64,000 nucleotides of DNA. It comes from Octopus bimaculoides (lineage: Eukaryota). Location: contig NC_068982.1 in the NCBI RefSeq assembly GCF_001194135.2, positions 161,977,043-162,041,042 of the forward strand, given 5' to 3'. This document shows, piece by piece, positions 54,901 through 64,000 of the stretch. Both the position numbers and the translations under genes were made by a program. The notes below the pieces were generated by a model. The model did no database searches. It saw nothing but the letters and a program-made list of their open reading frames with translations, and had not been told where the DNA came from. Positions within the stretch are counted from its first letter, which is position 1. Every line of letters starts with the position of its first letter.

Positions 54901-57900
54901 AATTACTACAAACTGAGAGATCATATGTGAAAGATTTAGAAACTTGTATGAAGGTTTGTGCTTAATTTCATATCTTTATTTTTTCTATTGAGAAATTGAG
55001 CCTGTATATAGTCATTCAGTCTGCTACATATAGCAACCAAATTTCTTTCAAATTACACTCTACTATCATGTCATGTAGTTCACTACATCCTTGTATCATA
55101 GGGACTGCTGGAAAGCCCTTGATCATATGCTTGCTCTTTCAGGATTAACTTGGGCTTAGACAATAATGATTGTTAAAATTTGATAAAACGACTAGCTACT
55201 GGGAGAACCTCTACAGAGTCACCCTAAGTAATAGCCAAATCTCCTCCAAATCACACTTAGGACACATGTTAGATAATCTAGTCTTAGATATCCCCTCAAT
55301 GCAAAGGTCATAGATGGAATGCCTTTGGTTTGCTCAATCAAGGTTGACCTGAGTTTTGTAACTCAGTGCCAGCAAGTGAGCTATGTGAACCCTTGAGAAA
55401 TGCAACAATACTGTAAACTACTATACAACAACCCTATAAAGTACCATGCACAGCACTTTAAAACACTACATATAAGAATTCTCTAAAATACTGTACATGA
55501 CAACACAGTAAAAAAGCATATACAACATTATCTCATCATCATTTAACATCTGCTTTCCATGCTGGCATAGGTTAGACAGTTTTTACTGGAACTGGTAAAC
55601 CAGAGGGCTGCCCCAGGTTCCAGTCTGATTTAGCATGGTTTCTACAGCTGGATGCCCTTCCTAACACCAATCACTCCAAGAGTGTAATGTGTGCTTTTTA
55701 TGTGCCAGCAACACAGGTACCATTCACATGACACTGCCATTGGCCATGACTATGATTTTACTTGGCTTGACAGATCTTCTCAAGCACAGCATATTGCCAA
55801 AGGTCTCAGTCACTTGTCATCACCTCTGTTAGGCCCAACATTCAAAGATCATGCTTTACCACTTCGTCCATGTCTTCCTGGGTCTACCTCTTCCATAGGT
55901 TCCCTATGCAGTTAGAGATCAGCTATAAATTGTAATTTACAACTACACTCTAAGCTACCACACAACTATCCTACAAACCATCACTGTAAGCCACTGTGCA
56001 GAAACCCTACAAACCACTGTACAACAGCACTTTTAAACACCATATGACAATGCTATAAACCACCATGCAATATTATGAATAGCTGTACACAGCAACACTA
56101 TAAACCACTGTTATATGATGTTGGTTTCACATTTTGGCACAAAGCCAACAATTTTAAGGGAATGGGTAAGTTGATTACATTGACTGCAGTGCTCAACTGG
56201 GACTTATTTCATCAGCCCTCAAAGGATGAAAGGCAAAGTCAACCTTGGCAGATTTTGAATTCAGGATGTAAAGAGGGATGTAATGCTGCTAAACATTTGG
56301 TCTGGCGCACAGACAGTTCTGCCAGCTCACCACCTTCATATAATATTATGAAATATCATATTGTTGTGGAAGGAATCCAACCACCCCTCAAGTGACTAAA
56401 AGGTGGACTGATTCATTGTTATAAAACAAAGAACTGTGAACAATTGGCATTTTGGGTTGGTTAGCAGTTCACTGTGAGCCTTTGATATAGAGCATTGAGT
56501 ATCGTGTATTAGTAATGGTAGTGTGTTGTGTATATACTTTCTTACCCCTGCTTCATTGTATTATATATCCAATATAAGGATATAAAACATATATAACTCT
56601 GTATAGCATCATACATCAACAATATAAAACACCATGTTCAACATTGCAAAGCAGCACACCACTTTATAAGACAGCATACGTATCTCTATAAAACATCTCA
56701 TGTAACATTATATCACACAAAAACTGCTTACCTAATAACTGCTAAAATAACATACATACCAACACTATAAAACATAACAATACTGCAAAACACTACTCAC
56801 AATGCTATAAAACATCATCATAACAACATAGTACACTGTACATATGTGACTGTTAATGCACCTGTTGCCAACATACAAACTTCCTTCATACTGTTCTTCA
56901 TATTTATATTAAAGATGCAATTAATCTATGGACACCTGGGTATTGCTGTTTCTAACCTGGTACAATGTGCACCTTTCTAACTTTTACAGTCATCATTATT
57001 AGCCGTGAATTAACCTGTTTATTATCTTTCGGCATTCTCTCCCAACAGCCCACATACTACCATGTGCACGTGCACAATGTTGACTCAGATACAAATATTC
57101 ACATATGTACATACCTAATGAAATACGTAGACACGCACAAAGTGTTTGTTACTAGCACTGCAATGTAAGGGAGGCAATTAGGCATCCAATTAAACTGCAA
57201 TTATAAGAATGTCTGCCTGCCTCCCTTTAGATGCTTAAACTGAAACATTTTTCTTTCTTTCTGAGAAACATACATATTTATCAGTCTACTTCTTGAAGTA
57301 TTCAACCAAGATTTCAGTGATATGTTTACAATATTCTTTATAATCAAAATCTTTTCTGCCATGAAATATACACAAGATAAGAATGCTTTTAAGTAAGAAG
57401 GTATAATACATTAAAATGTGTTTTGGTAGAATTCTTAGATATAGGAGTTAAGAGACAAAATAGATAATAGTAAAAGATCAACATCACATAGAATCATTGT
57501 ACAGGTTGTAATGTTAATTATATACAGTTGAAATCAGTTTCCTTCAAGATGTATGCAAAATGAGGCTAGAAGTTGCTCCTCAACAAATTAAACAGTAAAT
57601 TTTGTTTATTTGAAAGAATGTAATATCTTAAAGGTTGGATTATGCTCTGAGTTTTTTATTTATTTTTTTAATTTTGTATTTATGAAAGTTTAGAGAACGG
57701 TGAAGTAAATATTTAAATGATATTGACCAACATTGAGGAACCTCACTTGCTGGTTAGGAAAAATTGTTGTTGTTATGGACTTTCATGAATTGTATAAAGT
57801 CTGGAGAAATGGAACTATATCTCGATTAGCAGCCTGGGGAGATAAATGGTGTTTTGATGATCTGAAAAGTTGAGAGAAGTAAAGTAAATAGCCTTTGCTA

Positions 57901-58805
57901 TGTATCTGTCTGGCAGCTGACCAGAATACGCACCTGCTGGAGGATAAAGAGGAGAGAAGAAAGAGAATATGAAGTTATTAAGAAGATTTGAAGCTGGCTA
58001 TTTATTCATTACTTTGCTGTAGCTGTATGTGATGAAAGTGAACATAAACTGTATTGATCTCACCACTTGGAGGGCAGCTGGACATGTAATGGCCTCTCAT
58101 AAGCATTTTCTGTCTTTAGATTTTGTGTGTACTAACACGGGTAAAAAGTAGGAGAAACTATCAATTTCTCTCTCTTGTAGTAAATTTTCTTTTTACATTG
58201 TTAAATAATACAAAAAAAAAAGAAAGGATTAAAATTAGAAGGGTTTTTTTTTTTGTTTTTTTGTTTTTTTTCAGCTACTCAGTTTTCTGAAGTTATCTGT
58301 TTCCTCATTGAAAATTGCCAAAAGCTCCGCAAAATTGTTTACCATTTGTAATGATTTTTTATATCTTTCTCTTTTCCAGTATTACATGGGTGAAATGTTA
58401 AATCAACAAAATAATATTCCACCTGGCATTGAAAACAAAACTGAAACAATATTTAGTAATATTAGAGAAATATATGAATTCCATGACAAGTATGTTTCAT
58501 TTTCATTATTCTTAGTATTTTTCATTCACCATAATTCTCATTATCTTCACCAAGATACTGCTTTCACTTACCTAAGCAATTACATTCTTGCAAACATTTA
58601 TCTTTATACCTTTACTTGTTTATTTTCTCATAAAAGATCCAATGTTTTTACAAATTATATCTGGAATATATTTTGGCATCTGAGAAGAGCTCATCTATGT
58701 TTTTCTAAACGTTGTTTATTTTAAGTGAAGGCTGTATTTGCTTTGGTCTCAGTTTTAAATCAACACCAAATTATATACATAATAATTCATCATAATTCTT
58801 CTCTT

Positions 58806-58855
<50 letters not shown>

Positions 58856-61651
58856 ACACTTGTAACATAATGGTTTGGGCGTTGGGCTCACAATTGTTAG
58901 GTTGTAGGTTCAATTCTCAGATTGGGCAAAATACATCTTGTCCTCAAATAGTTTGCTTTATTTCTTGTTGCTTCAGTCCACTCAGCTAAAAATAATTACC
59001 AGCAATTGCTGGCATTGAGGAGTCTTGTACTCTCAGTCATTTAGACACTATGGAAATTTTGGTGAAATGGGTTTGTGTATGTGTGTGTGTGTATGCCTAT
59101 CATCATTATCATTTAATGTTCATCTTCCATGTTGGCATGGGTTGGGTAGTTGGACAACATCCTACCAAGCAGAGGACTGTGCCTTTTCTAGTGCCAACCA
59201 CTTTACAGAGTGTTCTGAATGCTGTGATGGATGCGTCTTCTCAAGCACAGCAAAATTGCCAATTATCTTAGTCCTTTGTCATCTCCTCTATGAGGCTCAA
59301 CATCTTGTGTGTGTGTGTGTAGCCATATTAGAATTCTATTTGATATTATACACATATTCACTCATTCATTTTATGTTTGTTTCTCTATACTGCACAAGTT
59401 AGACAAATATGCTTCGAGGTATTATTTTACAGCTGAATGCTCTTTCTGACACAAATCCCTACATGTTTTTCAAATAAGTGATCTTTTATTTTGTGTAACT
59501 TCGAAGGCACAAAGTGAGAAGACAAGTTGTTGACAAGAGAAGTTCCAACAACACTGCATGAGTGTCATAACTTTCAAATAATCAAATGCAGATATGAACA
59601 AACTCATACACTTGCATGTGCATACCCCCCCCCCACACACACACACAATGGGCTCCTGTTCAGTTTACCTGTACCAAATCCACTCACTTGGCTTTGGTCA
59701 ACCCAGGTCTATAACAGAAGACACTTGCCCAAGGTGCTGCAGTGAGACTGAACTGGGAACTGCACAATTGGAAAGCAAATTTCTTAACCATACAGTTGTG
59801 CTTGTCTCTGCATCAATGAATTACACATTTACAAGGATTAATTATACTGATAGAAAATCTAATTACAATTCTGTTCAATAATATAAATTCTTTTCCCCCT
59901 TAAAATGTTTTTCTAATCTTTGAAATTTTCACTGTCCAAAAATATTAGCCCAAGAAATACTTAACTCATCTTTTTAATTTATTTCAGTATACTGTCATAT
60001 TTACACACACACATATATATATATATATTTTTTTTCTTTTATTCTTAGAACATTCTTAAAAGAGTTAGAAAAATATGAGACTATTCCGGAAGATGTTGGG
60101 CATTGTTTTGTCACATGGGTAAGTAGTATCTCACTAGCATCATTATTTTTTGCAGTTTAACATAGATAACTCATCTGAAAATGAGTACCAGATGATTACC
60201 AGTGCAGCTCTTTCTCCTTCCAGCTGTCACATCCTGACTGTTCTGCTGAGTCAAAGGAGAGAGAGTTGAGAGGGTGTCCGTGTTTGTTCACAACTACATA
60301 GACACCTAAAACAATTAGCAAGTGTGGTACATGTTACTAGGTCATACTAGCTTGCAAGTGATGGCTAAGATGACTTAAAGTTAAATTTATTTATTGAGAA
60401 AATGATAAAAATTTAAGGATTCAAAGTAGTTTTGAGGCAACTATAGCCATTTAACTCTTGTATTTTGTTGATCTATGTACAATAATACTCGACCTACAAT
60501 TGTCTTATCCATCTGTTATAAACAAGTTGCAGTTGTCGCAACCATCTGTTATAAGCAGTTCTTTTAATAGTTACTTTTATAAATAAATAATTGTAGCAAT
60601 CCACACTTTTTATTTCTTCATTTACCACTTAAAAACATTAAAATCATGAAACCTTGATTTGTACATATAATTCAGTTTTCATTAAAATACAAAATTTTTC
60701 TTTTACAGGCAGAAAAGTTTTCTATATATGTACTATACTGCAAAAACAAGCCAGATTCAAGTCAGCTTCTTATGGAACATGCTGGGACTTTCTTCGAGGT
60801 ACAATCATTTTAACTTTTGTTTGTTAGAGTAAATTTCAATATCGTGAAAAATGAATTCCAAAAGTGAGAACTAAAAAATTGTGTTTATATGCTTGTATCT
60901 CTAAAATCTATATAACTTTTCTTCTGATCATAATGAGGCCTTTTCTGGCATGAACTGCCTTAAGAATTCTTACTTCATGAAATAAAGGAGGGTAGGTTAG
61001 TTTGAAGAGAAAAAATAAAATGGACGAAAAATAATATATAACAGAAGAATGAATTTTCTTTGTTTCACATTGTCGACATGTTAACTGCCAACATGTTAAT
61101 TGTGAAACATTAGGCTGAGATCTGTTTTTATTGTTTAGCCACTGTGTAAATAGTATCTAATGGACTAGGGCATTGGGGAAGCATCAGGTGGAAAGCAAGC
61201 TGGAAATTTTATATGAACAGATCTAGATTGGGTGAGAACGCATCTTTGTTTCAGAAACAAATATTCAAAATCAATTTCTGTTGATATATTTGATACATGG
61301 AATCCTTCCTTCTTGAATGAAATGGTTTAGAATTATTTCTGCATGGCATTGTGTATATGTGAGGAGGTTTTATGCAAAGCATTTAGTTGGAGGACATTGC
61401 AAATAGTAAAAATATAAGACTTAGTATCAGGTAGATAGATGTCATGATAGAAATATACTCACTATGTTAAAAACTTTTGGTAATTGTACATTTTTCCCTC
61501 CACTTCTTTTTTACAGGAAATACAACAAAAACATAAACTGAGTGAACCATTATCATCGTATTTGATCAAACCAGTTCAAAGGATCACGAAATATCGATTG
61601 CTTCTAAAGGATTTGCTTTCCTGTTGTGAAAATGATACTGGAGAAATTAAG
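37835..61651 (+). CDS. trio: Trio/Kalirin-family Rho guanine nucleotide exchange factor, partial (16 exons; spectrin repeats to DH1); open at both ends
   Basis: 16 exons with GT-AG boundaries and matching phases splice into one open frame of 2033 nt. Motifs such as [51 protein letters not shown] and [13 protein letters not shown] match Trio/Kalirin as I recall them. Confidence 0.95.
39526..39684 (-). mobile_element. RTE 3'-tail copy
   Basis: Shared tail sequence. Confidence 0.85.
40048..40298 (+). mobile_element. RTE 3'-tail copy, young
   Basis: Shared tail sequence with CpGs intact. Confidence 0.85.
40965..41610 (+). mobile_element. Internally deleted RTE LINE: AP-endonuclease segment joined to the post-RT C-terminus
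   Basis: [30 protein letters not shown] (APE), then [33 protein letters not shown]. Confidence 0.8.
42191..42326. repeat. 68-bp tandem duplication, 2 mismatches
   Basis: aggatagtgtatccttaatatctatg...gtgaa x2. Confidence 0.95.
43195..43436 (+). mobile_element. RTE 3'-tail copy
   Basis: Shared tail ending (GAT)n. Confidence 0.8.
43851..44012 (+). CDS. trio: Trio exon B (162 nt): [13 protein letters not shown]...[12 protein letters not shown]
   Basis: gaaag|GTA acceptor and CAG|gtcagt donor; in frame with exons A and C. Confidence 0.88.
44177..44359 (+). CDS. trio: Trio exon C (183 nt): [12 protein letters not shown]...[16 protein letters not shown]
   Basis: tttcag acceptor and gtgagg donor; LLEYLHERE and LEQCVQLR motifs. 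Confidence 0.93.
45187..45306 (+). CDS. trio: Trio exon D (120 nt): [12 protein letters not shown]...[10 protein letters not shown]
   Basis: ttttag acceptor and gtacag donor; WI.NGE.ML motif. Confidence 0.92.
45343..45352. other. 10-N gap in the short D-E intron
   Basis: Run of N after a poly-T. Confidence 0.99.
45532..45723 (+). CDS. trio: Trio exon E (192 nt): [14 protein letters not shown]...WYKTAEQ
   Basis: ttgtag acceptor and gtatgt donor; frame continuous. Confidence 0.93.
45947..46093 (+). CDS. trio: Trio exon F (147 nt): [19 protein letters not shown]...EQKEAFLK
   Basis: ttacag acceptor and gtaacg donor; EDWC and EQKEAFLK motifs. Confidence 0.94.
46147..46365. mobile_element. piggyBac-type MITE (219 bp)
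   Basis: TTAA|ccctttagcatt ... aatgttaaagag|TTAA: TTAA TSD and imperfect TIRs. Confidence 0.8.
46440..46551 (+). CDS. trio: Trio exon G (112 nt, phase 0 to 1): [19 protein letters not shown]...PESHVK
   Basis: catttag acceptor and gtaaat donor; ACTLARR motif. Confidence 0.94.
46668..46900. mobile_element. Tc1/mariner-type MITE (233 bp)
   Basis: TA|gagggtggaccaaaagtcacctgacaataaa versus reverse complement TA|cagggttggctaaaagtcatccgacagtaaa; TA on both flanks. Confidence 0.75.
47363..47478 (+). CDS. trio: Trio exon H (116 nt, phase 1 to 0): [38 protein letters not shown]
   Basis: ttttacag acceptor and gtaaag donor; phase matches exon G. Confidence 0.94.
49040..49430 (-). mobile_element. Penelope-like element 3' fragment (GIY-YIG endonuclease)
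   Basis: [25 protein letters not shown], then SSVKKHL...[13 protein letters not shown]...INNR. Confidence 0.75.
50015..50024. other. 10-N gap inside (AT)n
   Basis: Run of N. Confidence 0.99.
50342..50464 (+). CDS. trio: Trio exon I (123 nt): [17 protein letters not shown]...EFRGRAK
   Basis: ttctgcag acceptor and gtaaca donor; WIHD.GE.YLSTHT motif. Confidence 0.93.
50575..51480. repeat. Degenerate minisatellite, unit about 33 bp (GGAGGTGGAGCTAGATTATTGGACCTATTTACT), interrupted
   Basis: Many diverged units at 50575-50855, 51040-51090 and 51300-51480. Confidence 0.75.
50856..51039. mobile_element. hAT (Charlie-like) MITE, 184 bp
   Basis: TIRs cagtagttcccaatc / ggttgggaaccactg; perfect 8-bp TSD agctagag at 50848-50855 and 51040-51047. 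Confidence 0.9.
52008..52190 (+). CDS. trio: Trio exon J (183 nt): [17 protein letters not shown]...[28 protein letters not shown]
   Basis: tttttag acceptor and gtgagt donor; last spectrin-repeat motif VDKRY.DFS.RME.YR. Confidence 0.94.
52371..52477 (+). CDS. trio: Trio exon K (107 nt, phase 0 to 2): linker [10 protein letters not shown]...[13 protein letters not shown]
   Basis: tttgtag acceptor and gtaagg donor; EEKRKSARR motif. Confidence 0.92.
52835..52990 (+). mobile_element. Decayed tRNA-derived SINE (similar copy at about 58860-58995)
   Basis: A-box/B-box-like head (tagtgattagag...gtttgattccc) followed by agcaagatac..gttgctccag. Confidence 0.55.
53500..54746 (-). mobile_element. Full-length but dead mariner (DD34D-type) transposon, 1247 bp
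   Basis: TIRs tcaggtcatcccataagtagtgtc / rc tcaggtcatcctataactaatgtc; TA at 54747-54748. Minus-strand motifs [37 protein letters not shown]; frameshifts and stops. Confidence 0.93.
54887..54953 (+). CDS. trio: Trio exon L (67 nt, phase 2 to 0): start of DH1, [22 protein letters not shown]
   Basis: tttcag acceptor and gtttgt donor; DH conserved region 1. Confidence 0.93.
55400..56850. repeat. Degenerate AC-rich minisatellite (unit about 20-22 bp) with nested retroposons
   Basis: Recurring cactgtaaaccactatacaaca-like units at 55400-55530, 55920-56110 and 56570-56850. Confidence 0.6.
55533..55916 (-). mobile_element. 5'-truncated RTE: ORF end plus 3' tail
   Basis: Reverse complement encodes the GRGRPRKTW region; matches 8960-9130 and the shared tail. 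Confidence 0.85.
58380..58489 (+). CDS. trio: Trio exon M (110 nt, phase 0 to 2): YYMGEM...[21 protein letters not shown]
   Basis: ttttccag acceptor and gtatgt donor; IF.N..EIY.FH DH motif. Confidence 0.93.
59100..59305 (-). mobile_element. Decayed RTE 3' fragment
   Basis: catttaatgttcatcttccatgttggcatggg...tcttctcaagcacagca. Confidence 0.7.
59645..59805 (-). mobile_element. tRNA-head SINE half (same family as 29715-29881; other copies near 1325, 6225, 8100, 26815)
   Basis: aatccactcacttggctttggtc...gacacttgcccaaggtg...ttcttaaccatacag. Confidence 0.75.
60049..60118 (+). CDS. trio: Trio exon N (70 nt, phase 2 to 0): [23 protein letters not shown]
   Basis: ttcttag acceptor and gtaagt donor. 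Confidence 0.95.
60709..60798 (+). CDS. trio: Trio exon O (90 nt): [30 protein letters not shown]
   Basis: ttttacag acceptor and gtacaa donor; YCKNKPDS motif. Confidence 0.94.
61517..61651 (+). CDS. trio: Trio exon P (135 nt): EIQQKHKL...[30 protein letters not shown]
   Basis: ttttacag acceptor and gtaggc donor; DH conserved region 3. Confidence 0.95.
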
Positions 61652-62039
61652 GTAGGCTGCTTCTTTCTATATTCAATCATTTCATGGAATAAACTTTTTG
61701 TTTCCTTGATCAGTTTTATTATAACTGTTTTTGCTCTGTATATGTTTCTGTAATTTGTAGTTTTTCACTTGTCATCATCATCATTTTATGTCTGTTTCCC
61801 TTGCTGGCATGGGTTGGATAGTTCATTATGGTTTAAGTCAGATCTACTATTCTATATTTTTGAGATGAGTAACTATGTACATTATTTACAATAGACAGAT
61901 AGGTGTCCTCACCTTATTTGTTGTTTCCACAACGTTTTGGCTGATGTACTCTCCAGCCTTCATCTGATGGGGTACTCTGTTCTCTTTCCTAAGGTATTCT
62001 TTTTTTTTTTTTGCTGATATTATTTTTTGTTGATGTTAT

Positions 62040-62118
62040 TTCCCAAGTCCCTGCCTGGGATTGAACGCAGAATCTGAGGGTTAGTAGCCTGCACTCTTAT
62101 CCACTATTCTATATGCCC
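62040..62118 (-). mobile_element. tRNA-derived SINE head (not a tRNA gene)
   Basis: Minus strand gggcatatagaatagtggataagagtgcaggctactaac...gttcaatcccagg has A/B boxes but no intact acceptor stem. Confidence 0.55.
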
Positions 62119-62178
62119 ATAAGCAATTATAGAGTGAATTTTTGGGCCTATAAACCTAATATTTTATCTTTTCTTAAT

Positions 62179-62217
62179 AGTATTCCATGTATATATCAAA
62201 GTATTCCATGTATATAT
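62179..62217. repeat. 21-bp period tandem duplication
   Basis: agtattccatgtatatat repeated after caa. Confidence 0.85.
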
Positions 62218-64000
62218 ATTGGCTATTACTTGTGCTATCCCTCCTTTATTGTATGTGTAAATATTAGCAAGTGATGGAGAAAATGGGGCATAAGAGAGAT
62301 AGGTAAGAGAGTGTCATGAAGCCATATGGAGAGTGGTCAGTGAAAGAGATAAATGGAAGGGTGTTGAGATAGCAAAGTAGCTCTAATGGGAAAGTTTCAG
62401 GAGACAGAGTGACAGGATGAGTGCAACAAGAGCATTCCAACTACCATTACTAGGGCAAACTTTGGGAACCTTTATGGTGTTGTCCAATATGTTTATTAAA
62501 GTCAACAGCTGCAATGAGATCACTGGTTTTGCCATTTGGGTATCATTCTATCTATATGGTATTTCTGCCACTAATGCAATAAGTGTCAAGTTAAGAAAGG
62601 TGCCCATACTTTTTTGTATTTAAAAAGGAAGTTTATGCTAGATGTAATCCTAGATATACTGTGTCTGGCAAAAAAAAAAAGACAGGTGAACATGTTTGAA
62701 ATATCTTTGAAAATAGGTCTTCTCAATCAGGGCTAACCTGGCACTAAGCAACAAGCATTGTCGTTACTGTATTGAGATGACCACAAGCAATAATTAAAAA
62801 TCATTGTTTAAATCATATATCTACTCATACTCCACTAATATAGTTTCTTTTGGAAAGTTTCAGATCTGTACTTAATTTTATTTTGTAATAAACATCAGCC
62901 ATAGCTATTCATAGAGAATTCCTCTGGGTATTCTGAATTATTAAATCTGCTATTAGGACTATAAAAAATCAAACTTTTAATATGATCAAGGTTCAGTAAC
63001 TCTATGTGAGGTAGGTGTTAGTACAACTCTATTCCGAAAATAATGAAACAATGAGTGCTTGATGGAAGTGCTATCAGTTGAGTTACCAGAAAATGGGGAC
63101 CTGAGAAATGAGGAACTGTTGAGTCAGATCTTGGGAAGTTGTTTTTCATAGAAGAGATAGGACAAAAATGACAATATATGCCAAATTTCAGAGAAATGGA
63201 TGTTAAAACAATGATGTTCTGATGTATCATTAAGTGCTTCAGAAAGCATTCACAGATACCCTGACTTTGAAAATGATGACAGAATTACTTGACAGAATAA
63301 AGGTAGTTTAAAGCATTGAAACATAGTTAGTGAAGGAGAGAAAATAGTCTCCGTTAGGTTTATTAATGGAGAATTATCGGTCGTGTTAGACTGTGAGGGA
63401 GATTTTTCCTTTCTTGTAGATTGTAATGTCAGTCTCAACATAGCAAGCAGAGGTCTGATGGCTCCCATCATAGCTTGTGGAAGAGAGAAAACTCAGTCTT
63501 TATCTTAGCTAGTGAGTGTTGGCCTTCCTCATAGCAAGTGAAGGTGTTAGCCTTCACTGTAGCTAGTAGAAGAGAGCACATTCAACTTTTTTCAAATGTT
63601 GAATGTCCTCCCCTGCACTTCTAAAGAATACTGATGTACCAGTATCTTACCCATAAATTCAATTGAAAATTATATTGATTCTTTTTGGTTGTATATTAAA
63701 CCAGTTTAGAACATAAAAATGATATCAATGCATTGACCTTGGTACACTTTGTGCTTGTATTCTATGAATTCTTAGGTTAAACAGATAGCTTAGACATAAT
63801 TAACTAGTCTATTACCCAGTTCAACTCCCGCAGTCATATCATTCTCTAGATATCTTTAGGTCAACTTTGTAGGCATATCATTTTCTAGATATCTTCTTTC
63901 ACTCTCTATTGTTGTTTACAGTCTTTAATGATATCATCATAGTTTGAAAGCAGTTGATGTGACTTCACAAAGTAATAGCATTTATGTTTTTATTTACAAT

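Noticed and set aside
62040-62118. tRNA gene
   Set aside because: Only A/B boxes remain and the cloverleaf is broken; it is a SINE head.
63395-63480. Next Trio exon after a strong acceptor (tttcctttcttgtag)
   Set aside because: The phase-0 frame hits a stop within 8 codons and does not encode the expected DGLEVML-like peptide.

Overview
AT-rich, microsatellite- and retroposon-dense eukaryotic DNA. The repeat families resemble those I recall from octopus/cephalopod genomes (inference). One real gene is present: an internal part of a Trio/Kalirin-family RhoGEF on the + strand. I traced 16 GT-AG exons by hand from 37835 to 61651 (2033 nt, one open frame, 677 full codons). They encode the distal spectrin repeats, the linker and most of the first DH (GEF1) domain, and the gene continues beyond both window edges. 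I found no Trio exon in 1-37834, which looks like one very large intron. The rest is decayed or non-autonomous mobile DNA: RTE LINE pieces and their 3' tails, several SINE families, a full-length dead mariner, pogo, Penelope and R4/Dong-like relics, and hAT-, piggyBac- and Tc1/mariner-type MITEs. There are also mini/microsatellites and four N gaps. Almost all ORFs in the supplied track are spurious. I found no convincing novel protein-coding system. The best leads are intronic inverted-repeat structures (candidate dsRNA/ADAR substrates), an unclassified element with 86-bp inverted ends, a 33-bp minisatellite carrying a MITE, and a Q-to-R change in the DH motif.
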